Positions 39,240-50,981 of a stretch of 64,000 bases of DNA are shown piece after piece; positions within the stretch are counted from its first letter, which is position 1, and each line of letters opens with the position of its first letter. The DNA is from Squalus acanthias. Its lineage: Eukaryota. The position numbers and the translations under genes were made by a program. Below the pieces are notes generated by a model that saw only the letters and a program-made list of their open reading frames with translations, ran no database searches and was not told where the DNA came from. The DNA lies in NCBI GenBank assembly GCA_030390025.1, contig CM059433.1:16184001-16248000 (forward strand), written 5' to 3'.

Positions 39240-40456
39240 TACATACCATACTATCATATCGATACATGTAGACTAATACTAATAGATTTATTTACAGCTG
39301 GAATAACCTTCATAAGCAATAAGACACAGTAAGGTACATAGACCATGAAATTCCCGGTATGGAGAAGTAAGTTGGGTGGGGTGGGACCTGGTTCCACTGG
39401 GTCTGGTCCCTTTCCGTCCACAGTAAAATAATTCCAATGATGAGGCATACTTGTACAAACATGGAAGGGGGTCCTAATGCCAGTTTTCATTGCCGATAGA
39501 AAAGTGGCTCCAGAAAAATTGACAGCATTTATAAAGAAATAATTTTTTTTTTAAACTCAGCCGAACTGGCCAGCCCTCTCCCTTCAGTAGAGTAGCAAGC
39601 TGCCACTCCAATATTTCTGGTTTCATTCTGCCCCTTCCAGGTGTTCACCCAGGGAGCCATAAATGGCATGGGCCCTGGGCATTTGGTCCATTTATATAAA
39701 TGACCCCGGCCCAAGGATTTGGGATGAGTTCAATGCTGGACCAGATTAGCAGAAAGAGATTCTGCCCCACTACACTTCTAGTGGTGAAGCAGAGCTCAAG
39801 AAGTTTCAGGCCCGTAGAGTTTATCACTTCGACAACAATGAAGATCGAATCAATCCACAATGGGTTAAAATACACTTCTTAGAACATGTTTTTTACACAG
39901 CTTTGTAATTGGTTGGACTTTTGGATGGAACTGTCATGCATGCACTTTCACACGACAAAGTTATTTGTGAATGACACATATCTCCAATGCATGGAGTTCA
40001 GATCTCCAGATAGAACTAAAGACATTCAGAGAAGTCTCCAAGTATGTATTTTAGAACAAAGTCAACCAAGATCAAGGACAAAGTGGCGTGTACTATTGCA
40101 TAGAATGACTGACAATCAGGTGTTCATATGTCCTCTGTTTGCCCATGACCTGCTAATGCTTCAACAAAGTACAACTTCATTAGCACTTAAGACAAATCTT
40201 TGTAGCCTGACTAATTTACAGATCAAACAATCTAATCTACATGTCTGCCACGTTTCAAGATTTTTGTTTGACCATTTTTCCACCGAGTGGATTTGGAAAA
40301 GGAATTACTTTAAATGTTGTGTTTTAAAAGCATAATGGATTGCTGCAAGAAAAGGGATCTCAGATGGTAGGTAGTTACGATGCTAATGAGCTATCCTATA
40401 TAACTCTAAATAATAAGCAATTTGGTGGCTTCTCTCTTGTCATTGAGAAACACAAT

Positions 40457-42202
40457 GGGGGGAATTTTTCAGGGGGTCAGCGGGCACGTTTGGTGGCGGG
40501 TCGGGTGGGAAAAACATTCTTTTTGACAGCGGGTTGGGAACCTGCCACCACGCGACTTTCCCAGATGTCGGGTCTGTCAACGCAGAACAGACCCGACACG
40601 CAGCAGCGGGGAAGGCAAGTTAGGTCATTATGACCTTAAGTGCCACTTAAAAGTATTTTTAGCTCACCTTTAAATTTTACGAGGTCGCCCACAGGATCCA
40701 AGCTGCTTGGGGATCACGTCAGGTAAGCAGGTCGGGCGTTGTGTTACCATGAAATCATCTCTTTACTTGACGGCTGCAAATGTGCTATAAAAGCTCCCAT
40801 CTCATAGCTGTTCATTTTCCAAGCTCTGAAGCTGTTGCTTACTGCATTTGGAAGACAGATTGAGCTTTATGCAGGTTGCAAGTGTTTGGAGCAAACTCTA
40901 TATCCAGTGTCACCTCATTGGAACAACCTCTCTCACTATTGACAGATCGCTTCTGTCATCTCAACTTCACCTGCCATCTATTACATCAGCATCGGTGCCC
41001 TTGAAACTATCTCGCCTTGGTCCTCAGAATCCCACCACGATCAGCAGCAGCACCAGGCACACCAGCAGCACCAACACCACCACCAACCTTCTCCGCAATC
41101 ACCTGAAGCTGCACAGGACACGGCATCAGCACCCGACCACATTGCTGCTTGGGAGCCCAGGGGTGGCTTCACCATGGCCAGATTTACTTCACTTGATGCT
41201 GTACACCCTGGCTGCCACATGATGCGCCAGGTTGGCACCACCCCACACCAACACCATAAAGCATCCCTACAATGCCCAAGCCATTCCTTTCACACTCATC
41301 ACCATTGCCGGGGGTACCGTTATGTCTCACCATTCATTCCAACTCACTAAGCCACTTCCAAAGGTGCACACAGTTCTGTCCAAGAGGCAAAGTGTTGAAA
41401 ATAAAGATTTCAATGTTTGACGGTACATTAACAGAAACTTCACATGAACATTGGCTAAAACACACAAGTGCCTACCCTTGTGTTTTGTTAGTTGGTATGA
41501 TTGGATTAGGATGAGGGTGAGTGTGAGAGGTGGCTAGTGAGATGGGGAAGTGATAATGTAGATAGAGAGAGATGGGTGGAGGTGTAAGGTAAGTTGGTGT
41601 GAGTAAGGATGTGCAGGAGTAGAGTAGGGAAGGCAGAGTGATGGGGATGTGACACAGCAGGATGAGGTTGAGTGTGGCTTTGCAATAACGTTTCGCGATC
41701 TACTCAGATCATTGAAAGGTTTGCGCCACTGCAGCCAGCTCCTCCTAACGACATCCCTGCTTGTGCCCTCCTCAGAAATGTGCAACTAGGCTGCGTTGAT
41801 CTCCTGGTGAGGTGTCTTCCGCCCATTGGAAGGGAAAAGGCCCTCCCTGCATGCTGTGACTCCCTCCATAAGCATATGGAGGGAGTCATGGGAGAGCCTG
41901 GGTGCAGCTGTGCACGTTTGCGCAGTGCTTGTCAGTGTTTGCAGCACCTCAATGCTATAGAACACTGACAGCACAACTGTCAAAATCAATTTGAGCACGG
42001 TGCCTTTAAGGAAACCGGCTGATGACGCGTGATCAAGTGACGTCATCACACCCGCTTCCTTCAATTGGCCGGCAAACGTGCTGGGCGGACTTAACAAGCC
42101 CAATCAGGGTAAAATCATTCTACAGAGCGGGCTGGAGCCAGCAGCGAGGTTGGGATCGACCCCGGCCGCACCGGAGCCGCCGAGGTTGAGGAAATCGTGG
42201 CC
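40457..42202. mobile_element. Internally deleted Harbinger derivative retaining a decayed Myb/SANT exon (minus, ~41680-41910)
   Basis: AAT|GGGGGGAATTTTTC ... GGAAATCGTGGCC|AAT. Minus strand reads APRLSHDSLHMLMEGV..GLFPSNGRK..*LHISEE..RRSWLQWRKPFNDL, homologous to the Myb exon at 56993. Confidence 0.8.
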
Positions 42203-42499
42203 AATGTATCTGTTGTGTTGGAAGGTTTTTGATTTCTTCCTGACTTTGAACAGTCGGGGAAATAAAGCAGAATGTCAGACAGTTTAAAAGACAGTCTCGG
42301 TTTTGCAGCTTGAGGCTCCAAGAAAGGCAGACTAAAAAATGCCAGGATGCAGAGGAATTATTCTGTTTGTGAAGGAAGATGACCCACTGAAGCGTATCTA
42401 TTAGCTTTCTTTTAAATCATCATGCAAAACCAAGTTTTACCAATTAAACTAAGTGAAAGTGATCATAACTGTTATAACCATGGAATGAAGTAGCTCAAC

Positions 42500-42730
42500 A
42501 TTTCTTTCATCATTCTTGTGATTTGGGCATCGCTGGTAAAGCTGGCATTTACTGCCCATCCCTAGTTGCCCTGAGTTTGACACAACTGAGTGGCTTGCTA
42601 GGCCACTTCACGTTGGTATGGGACAGGAGTCACGTATAAGCCAGACCGGGTAAGGATAACAGGTTTCCTTTTCTGAAGGACCTTAGTGAACCAGTTGTTT
42701 TTTTTTACGACAACTCATGGTCACTTTTAC
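42500..42730 (-). mobile_element. SINE fragment sharing its 3' tail with the LINE at 28230-30785
   Basis: Reverse complement gggcaactagggatgggcagtaaatgccagctttaccagcgatgccc matches the LINE tail at ~30711-30765. Confidence 0.7.
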
Positions 42731-42739
42731 TGATATTGC

Positions 42740-43462
42740 CAATTAGTCCTACTTACCTGTTCTGTCTCCATTGCCCTGCAGATTTGACCCCTTCAAGTAT
42801 TTATCCAATTCCCTTTTGAAAGTTATTACTGAATCTGCTTCCACCAGCCTTTCAGGCGGTGCATTCCAGATCATCATAACTCGCTGGGTAAAAAGAATTC
42901 TCCTCATCTCACCTCTGGTTCACCAATCACCTTAAATCTGTGTCCTCTGGTTACTGACCCTTCTGCAACAGGAATCAGTTTCTCCTTATTTGCTCAAAAC
43001 CTTTCATGATTTTGAACATCTCCATTAAATCTCCTCTGTGCTGTAAGGAGAACAACCTCCGCTTCTCTAGTTTCTCCACGTAACTGAAGTCCCGCATCCC
43101 TGGTACTATTCTGGTAAATCTCCTCTGCACCCTCTCTAAGGCCTTGACATCCTTCCTAAAATGTGGTGCCCAGAATTGAGCACAATACTCCAGCTGGGGG
43201 GGCTAACCAGTGATTTATAAAGGTTTAGCATAACTTCCTTGCTTTTGTACTCTATGCCTCTGTTTATAGAGCCAAGGATCTCGTAGGCTTTTTTAACAGC
43301 CTTCTCAACTAGTCCTGCCACTTTAAATTTATGTACGTACATCCCCAGGTCTCTGTTCCTGCAACCACTTTTTAATTGTACCATTTAGTTCATATTGCCT
43401 CCCCTCATTATTCCTACCAAAATATATCACTTACACTTCACTGGGTTAAATTTCATCTGCCA
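42740..43462 (-). mobile_element. CR1-type LINE 3' fragment
   Basis: ORF 43136-43384 (RDLG..VEKAVKKA..GIEYKSKEVML) plus CR1 tail. Confidence 0.85.
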
Positions 43463-43864
43463 ATGACGCCATCCTCCAGTGGAGGCGCTGCAGCATCATA
43501 ACTGGCAGGTGGGTGTAGCCACAGCTCGATGAGACCACATTGGCAGTTTCGAAGTACGGAATTTATAATAGCAAACATTGACAAGAACTGCATGTATTTT
43601 TTTATATATTATCAACAACATTTTGAATTTATAATAGCGCCTTTAACATAATAAAACATCCCCTGGTGCTTCACAGGAGTGTATTCGGGGAAAAAAATTG
43701 ACACCGAGCCAATAAAGGAGATCTGGGGACGGGTGACAAAGAATCAATGATATCACTGAAATCAAGGCTCACTGCACCATCTCCTACTCGAAATCATTCT
43801 TTCCTGAAACCTCAAAATTCTGCAACTGCTTACTTGATGGTCATGTGAAAAATGAAGTATTTTC

Positions 43865-45580
43865 ATAGAAACATAGAAGATAGGAGCAGGAGTAGGCCAT
43901 TCGGCCCCTCGAGCCTGCTCCGCCATTCAATATGATCATGGCTGATCATCCAAACTCAGTATCCTGTACCTGCCTTCTCCCCATATCCCTTGATACCTTT
44001 AGCTTTAAGAAATATATCTAACTCATTCTTGAATATATTTAATGACTTGGCCTCAACTGCCTTCTGTGGTAGAGAATTCCACAGGTTCACCACTCTCTGG
44101 GTAAAGAAATTCTTCCTAATTTCTGTCCTAAATGGCTTACCCCTTATCCTTAGATTATGACCCCTGGTTCTGGACTCTCCGACCATTGGGAACATTCTTC
44201 CTGCATCTAGTTTGTCCAGACCTGTCAGAATTTTATATGTTTCGATGAGATCCCCTCTCATTCTTCTATACTCCAGCGAGTATAAGCCCAATCGACCCAA
44301 TCTCTCCTCATATGTCATTCCTGCCATCCCAGGTATCAGCCTTGTGAATCTTCGCTGAACTCCTTCCATGGCAAGAACATCCTTCCTCAGATAAGGCGAC
44401 CAAAACTGCACATAGTACTCAAGGTGTGGTCTCACCAAGGCCCTGTACAACTGCAGCAGGACATCCCTGTTCCTATACTCAAACCCTTTCACTATGAAGG
44501 CCAACATACCATTTGCCTTCTTCACCGCCTGCTGCACCTGCATGCTTACCTTCAGCGACTGGTGCACAAGGACACACAGGTCTCGTTGCACTTCCCCATC
44601 TCCCAATCTATTGCCATTCAGATAATAGTCTGGCCTTCTGTTTTTGACACCAAAGTGGATAACCTCGCATTTATCCACGTTATATTGCATCTGCCACGCT
44701 TCTGCCCACTCACCCAACCTGTCTAAATCATCCTGGAGTTTCTCAGTATCCTCCTCGCAGCACACACGCCCACCCAGCTTTGTGTCATCTGCAAACTTGG
44801 AGATATTACATTTAGTTTCCTTATCTAGATCATTAATGTATATTGTGAATAGCTGGGGTCCAAGGACCGATCCCTGCGGTACCCCACTAGTCACTGCCTG
44901 CCACTCTGAAAAAGACCCATTAATTCCTACTCTCTGCTTTCTGTCCGCCAACCAGTTCTCTATCCAAGTCAATACCTTGCCCCCAATCCCATGTGCCTTA
45001 ACTTTACACGCTAATCTCTTATGCGGGACCTTATCGAAAGCCTTTTGAAAGTCCAAATACACCACATCTACTGGTTCTCCCTTATCTATTTTCCCAGTTA
45101 CATCCTCAAAAAATTCCAGTAGATTAGTCAAGCACGATTTACCTTTTGTAAATCCATGTTGACTTTGTCCGATCCTGTCACTGTTTTTCAAGTGCTCTGC
45201 TATTACATCCTTTATAATGGACTCTAGCATTTTCCCCACTACTGATGTCAGGCTTACCGGTCTGTAATTCCCCGCTTTCTCTCTACCACCCTTTTTGAAT
45301 AGTGGGGTAACATTAGCTACCCTCCAATCCATGGGTACAGTTCCAGATTCCATCGAATGTTGGAAGATGATCAGCAATGCATCTACTATTTCTAGGGCCA
45401 CTTCCTTAAGTACCCTAGATGTAGATTATCAGGCCCCGGGGATTTATCGGCCTTCAATCCCTTCAATTTCCCTAACACCATTTCCCTGCAAATACTGATT
45501 TCTTTCAGTTCCTCCCTTTCATCAGACCGTATGTTCTCCAACATCTCTGGGAGGTTATTTGTGTCCTCATTTGTGAACAG
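43865..45580 (-). mobile_element. Young 5'-truncated CR1 LINE with an uninterrupted 481-codon RT/C-terminal frame
   Basis: ORF 43956-45401 has intact [30 protein letters not shown] and FADD motifs. The tail closely matches 24555-24720. Confidence 0.97.
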
Positions 45581-46015
45581 ATGATGCGTAGAAGAAAGCA
45601 TTTTATTTTAAACAACAAAAATGTCCGATCTTTCTGGGTAGAGCATATAATTTAGAATTTTGCAGGGTCCTTTACATTCTTAATTTGGCGAAAGTGTTTA
45701 TGCTCATTAAGGTAAGAATAGAACACTTTCCACTATTGCTGGTCACTATCCATGCTGAGCACGCTAGAGTCAGGCACAGCATGGGAGGGACATGGTGTAA
45801 GGTTACAACTACTTATTTCCACCAGTGTGCTTTAACCACCACACACCCCACCCCTCCAAACATCAGAACATCCTGTTTTATATCAATGAAAATGTTATTA
45901 TTTCTCCTATAACCATCCTTAAAGCCTTTCTGAGTGAGTCTTTGAGTGATATGACCAATTTGTGCCAAACTTTTTTTATGGACTCTGGGCTAAAACTGTC
46001 CATGCTTGTTTAACT

Positions 46016-46053
46016 TTACCTGACGAAGGGGCGACAGCTCCGAAAGCTTGTAA
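46016..46053 (+). ncRNA. Minimal type-I hammerhead ribozyme motif in a Penelope-type repeat fragment (~46016-46100)
   Basis: UUAC CUGACGA A GGGGC-GACA-GCUCC GAAA GC UU GUAA. Stem I UUAC/GUAA, 5-bp stem II, palindromic AAGCUU, followed by AATAAA. Confidence 0.6.
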
Positions 46054-46962
46054 TTTTAAATAAATCTGTTGGACTATAACCTGGTGTTGTGCGACTTCTC
46101 ATTTTTGTTTCAGGTAGGACTTTGCTACAAGAGAGATAACAAGCTCTTATCCCATCAATCTGAGCTAAATTTCAACCCTGCTTCCATAATGGATGCACAA
46201 TGATCTAATCCACTGCAGCAACCAGTTCTGCACTATTGATGTCCTTTAATATAAAATATTTGTCTATTTAAAAAATTATGCAAAAAAAAAAATTCAGCAA
46301 CAGATGGTTGAACATTTTTGTATTATTGATATTTATTTTAAAACAAATGTTGATTTCAGTTGGGAATTTTGCAGCTAAGATGTAGGAGTTGCATACAGTA
46401 CTGCGTAGAAGAACCTTCCTATGGGATCTAGTTATTTTTTTCTGTTATGCAATAGTTGTACGTACCTTAAGTGCATTTTTAACTGACCAACTGAGTCAAA
46501 GAAATTGAAGTTTTGCTTGACTAATTCATGAATAGAATTCAATATCTGTAATTCAATATAACTAATGAAATTACATTTAATTATGTTATGAGACAGTCAA
46601 TGTTCCAAAGCAGAAAAATTAGAAGCCTTTTGAAATGTTTTTTGGTTTTACAATATTTCTAATTCTGTCACTTTGAATTTAATGAATTACTTGGAATATA
46701 TTCATATTAAGTGGAACAAGAACATCTGTTTCACTCGTAGTCAATACAGGTTGAGTGTTCTGTCTCTTTTTTATCTTTGCCTTTCTATCTCAAATTGTCA
46801 CGGTTGCATATAATATTGCAAAAAACATTAATGGATAAATATTCTTCTTAGAAAGTAATGTAAGCCATAAAGTACTGTCATAGTATTACACATTTTGCAA
46901 CAATTTGAATTTTTAAATGTTGCAAATAGCTTTTGTTAGTAACATGACTGCATTATTTACAG

Positions 46963-47070
46963 TGAATCCAATTCCATCAAACCTCAAGTCTGAAGCCAAG
47001 AAGGCTGCAAAAATTTTGAGAGAGTTTACAGAAATATCTTCAAGAAATGGACCCGATGTAATCATACCAG
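46963..47070 (+). CDS. SH3YL1: SH3YL1 coding exon 2
   Basis: ttatttacag|TG AAT CCA ATT ... ATA CCA G|gttagt gives (M)NPIPSNLKSEAKKAAKILREFTEISSRNGPDVIIP, the SH3YL1 (SYLF/Ysc84 domain) N-terminus. Confidence 0.96.
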
Positions 47071-47201
47071 GTTAGTAAAATAGTTGCTTGATGCTGATTG
47101 TTGTATCTTGCATTGCAGATGCTGTTAAATGGTATATCTTTAATTGCAAGTTGGGTTAATATTTGTATTACAATATTTCTGTATTCATTCAGCAATTAAC
47201 A

Positions 47202-48150
47202 TCATAGGATTACATAGGATATACAGCACAGAAACAGGCCATTCGGCCCAACCAGTCCATGCCGGCGTTTATGTTCCACTCGAGCCTCCACCTGTCTTTC
47301 CTCATCTAAATCTATCAACACAACCTTCTAGTCCCTTCTCCTGCATGTGCTTATCTAGCTTCTCCTTAAATGCATCCATACTATTCGCTTCAACCACTTC
47401 CTGTGGTAGCGAGTTCCACATTCTCACCACTCTCTGGGTAAAGAAGTTCCTTCTGAATTCCCCATTTGATTTCTTGGTGACGATCTTATATTGATGGCCT
47501 CTAGTTTTGCTCTTCCCCACAAGTGGAAGCACTCTCTCTGTATCTACTCTATCAAAACCTTTCAGAATTTTAAAGTCCTCTATTAGGTCACCTAATAAGA
47601 GACCAAGCCTGTTCATCCTTTCCTGATAGGTATACACTCACATTTCTGGTATCATCCTTGTAAATATTTTTTGCACCCTCTCCAGTGCCTCTATATCCTT
47701 TTCATAATATGGCGACCAGAATTGTACGCAGTACTCCAAGTGTGGTCTAACCAAGGTTCGATACAAGTTTAGCATAACTTCTCTACTTTTCAATTCAATC
47801 CCTCGAGAAATAAACCCTAGTGCTGGGTTTGCTTTTTTATGGCCTTGCTAACCTGTGTCTCTACTTTTCAGTGATTTGTGTATTTGTACTCCGAGATCCC
47901 TTTGCTCTTCTGCCCCACTTAGATTCTTATTTTCCAAGTAATATGTGACCTCCCTATTTTTCTTACCAAAATGTAATACCTCACATTTTTATGTGTTGAG
48001 TTTCATTTATATGCCCATTAGTTATATGCCCATTCTTCAAGTTTATCAATGTCGTCTTGTAATTTGTTGCAGTCCTCCTCAGTATTGACTATCCCCCCCA
48101 CCCCCCCCCCCCCCCCAAATTTGGTGGCATCTGCAAATTTAGAAACAAGG
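47202..48150 (-). mobile_element. CR1-type LINE 3' fragment
   Basis: SKFADATK (48018 ORF) through FFTQRVVRMWNSLP (47302 ORF) and tail. Confidence 0.88.
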
Positions 48151-49189
48151 TTCATTATTTCTCTCAAAAAAAAATCCTTCAATTCTAATGGCTGTTGCAT
48201 AATACTATTGTAACTAGTGTAAGAGTTCATAAAGTGTGCTGAGAATAGCTCTAGGACTTGGAATTGAGTGAATAGAGATTTGTAGAACCAAACTTCCTGT
48301 TGTTGGAGACAAAAAGATGATGAAGGGGCATGATTCAGGTTCCTAAAATGGCTTTAAGCACAGAAATAGAGAACATGATAAACAAGATTTAACAAATCTA
48401 AGCAAGACTAGAGATTAGAAGAATTTTAATTTACAGACATCAATCAAAAATGGTTAACGCTATGTTAATTCATACCTTTTTAAAAAGAAACCTGGATGAA
48501 AACTCGGTTAAGAATGAAGTCATAAGCTGTGATGCCTCACAGTCAAATAAACTGCTAATATTCATTCTCTAGTCTTGCAATTGAAAAAACCTTACTGGAG
48601 CCAGGTATTGGAGTGCTGTTGGCATCCATGGAACTGTCCCCTTATATGAATTCTCCCCTTTGGAGAGGGTGAACGGGGGAAAGAATGGAGGGAAATGGGA
48701 CTGAAGGTTATAAGGAGACATCTGTTGACAGATGATCTGTGTGACTGGGACCGTGGCGATATCACCGGTAGAACACCAGCAGTAAATTGTATATCCTGAT
48801 GTATTATTTTGAGGAAGTGTCTTGCAAGTTGATGGGGAGATAGGCGCCTTGAATTTATTTACTGTGAAATTTAAAACCAGCTCCAGGAATTCCTGTGACT
48901 TCAACCCAGTTTTATCCAGGTATATGCAGCTCTTCATCATCCCCTGTCAACACTGGAGTTAGTAAGTGATAGCAACTTTTCACATGTATCTTGAAGTTTG
49001 ATAAGTATTTCCTCATAACATAATTTCAGGACCTTTTCATTGTGCCAGTGCTGATACTGCTTGCAAATAGGAAAATAACAAGAAATGGTCAGCAGTGCCT
49101 ATCTTAAATGCCAAGGGTTTATCTTATTAGCCTTGCCTTAGGGTGTGAAGTTAGAAATATCTACTTTAATCCTGGATCTACCTTCTTAA

Positions 49190-50400
49190 ATTCTGTTTCC
49201 CGAGCTTTTTCCTGTATCCTTTGAAAATGAATAGGAAATCACTTATTCAATTCTGTTTTGACTGATGTTACAATCTTTGCATCAGAAGCTACTTGTGGTA
49301 AAGCATTCCATGTTCGTAGCACCATCTGCGTGGAAACAAATCTTCTCATTTACCCCTTTAAACTTTCCCCATCACTCTTCTAGTAGTCTAGGCCCCATTG
49401 ATTCCACTGGTTGCCAGATAGTAACAATCTTTCACTATTTACCTTTGAAAAACCATTCATCACTTTGAAAACCTCTATTAGATTCCCCCCCTCAGCTTTC
49501 TTTATTTGAAAAAAAGCCACAGTTTTTCAAGCTATTCTTCATAACTGTGATTTCTCATTGTTGGTATCATTCATTCTAATAAATTTTCATTGTACCCTTT
49601 CCATGGCTCTAATATCTTTTGTATAATGGCCTGCCTACAACTACGTGCAGTGCTCTCAACAGTAGCCTTCCCAATGTCTTGTACAAATTCAACATTGTTT
49701 CCTTGCCCTTGTATTCAATGCCCCAGGCATATTAGAAAAAACATGAATTTGTATTTTATATGGCCTTTACTACCTACACTTGCTGGACTTCTTAAAGATC
49801 TGTGTATCTAAATCCCTAGATCGCTCTGTTTCTCCATTAAGACTATTATCATTTTGGGTATATTTCCTTTCATTGTTTTTTATTCCCCGCAAAATATACT
49901 ACTTCACATTTCTCTGCATTGAACTACATTTGTCACTTATCTGCTCATCTCACTAACCTATGTCCTCCTGCATTCTTCCTCATAGTTTACCCCTCCAGTT
50001 TGATATCAGTAAGCTTTGATCAAGTCCTCTTGTGCCTCTGTACAAATCACTCATATCAATGAAAAGCAAAAGAGGTCCCACCCAGCACATATCCCTGGGA
50101 AGAACTCTACCCCACATCTCATCAACCCAAACAACATCCATTTACCCCTGCTCTTTACTTTCTGTTGCCGAGCCATCTCATTATCCATGTAGCTACATTT
50201 CCTGTAATATCTATTCATTTTTGTAGTGTCTCTGACGTGGCACCTTCTCAAACGCTGCCTTAAAATCCATAAATAAACGGCCACGCATTCTATTTATCTA
50301 TACACTGTGATTTCCTCAAAAAATTCAATTGAATTAGTCAAGTACAACCTGCCTTTACAAATCCATGCTGATTATTACTGATTAGCTCATGCCCTGCCAC
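49190..50400 (-). mobile_element. Old decayed CR1 RT fragment
   Basis: Residual motifs on the minus strand (cagcatggatttgtaaaggcagg, atggattttaaggcagcgtttgagaaggtgccac). Confidence 0.6.
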
Positions 50401-50981
50401 TATTCCATTTAATAAAAACTGCTGCACCGATTTCTTGTGTTGTATTCGTCACTCTTAATAATCCTTGGGTTAGAAAATTGCATTCTATATTCCTGTTACA
50501 ACTGTTATACATTTTCCTGTTTTTCTTTCCTCAATGTCTTCCTTTTTTTTTTCTGTGTTCATAAGTGACTTTTCATGATGCAGCTTTCCCCCTATATTTC
50601 TATTCCTTGCTTGATCTCTTAACCATCTTCCTAGACTTTCAACTTTCCTTCTATTTTCTCATTGTCTTTACTCATCTCTATTTTTAGTCTACAAACTAGC
50701 TATTTAAAATAATATTTTTTCAATTAATATATGTATTTCTTTGTATTTAGTGTATAAAAATACATTTTATCCTTCATTTTGGGGAGGGGATGTAAACCAT
50801 CTTGGAACACTTTACTATTAAGAGTTCCTTGCCCTGTGTGACCTATTTTAGGGAATTTCCTGCCTCACTACCAGATGTTGTTCGGATTTGGACACTTAAT
50901 TATTTTTCTTTTGTCAGTATATTGTTGTCTCTGATTTTAAAGCAGGCATTCTTGCATTTATATAAACAATATTAACACTAG

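Noticed and set aside
43956..45401. 481-aa intact RT ORF as a functional gene or novel RT system
   Set aside because: Ordinary 5'-truncated CR1 ORF2 lacking the endonuclease, ORF1 and promoter; intactness reflects young age.
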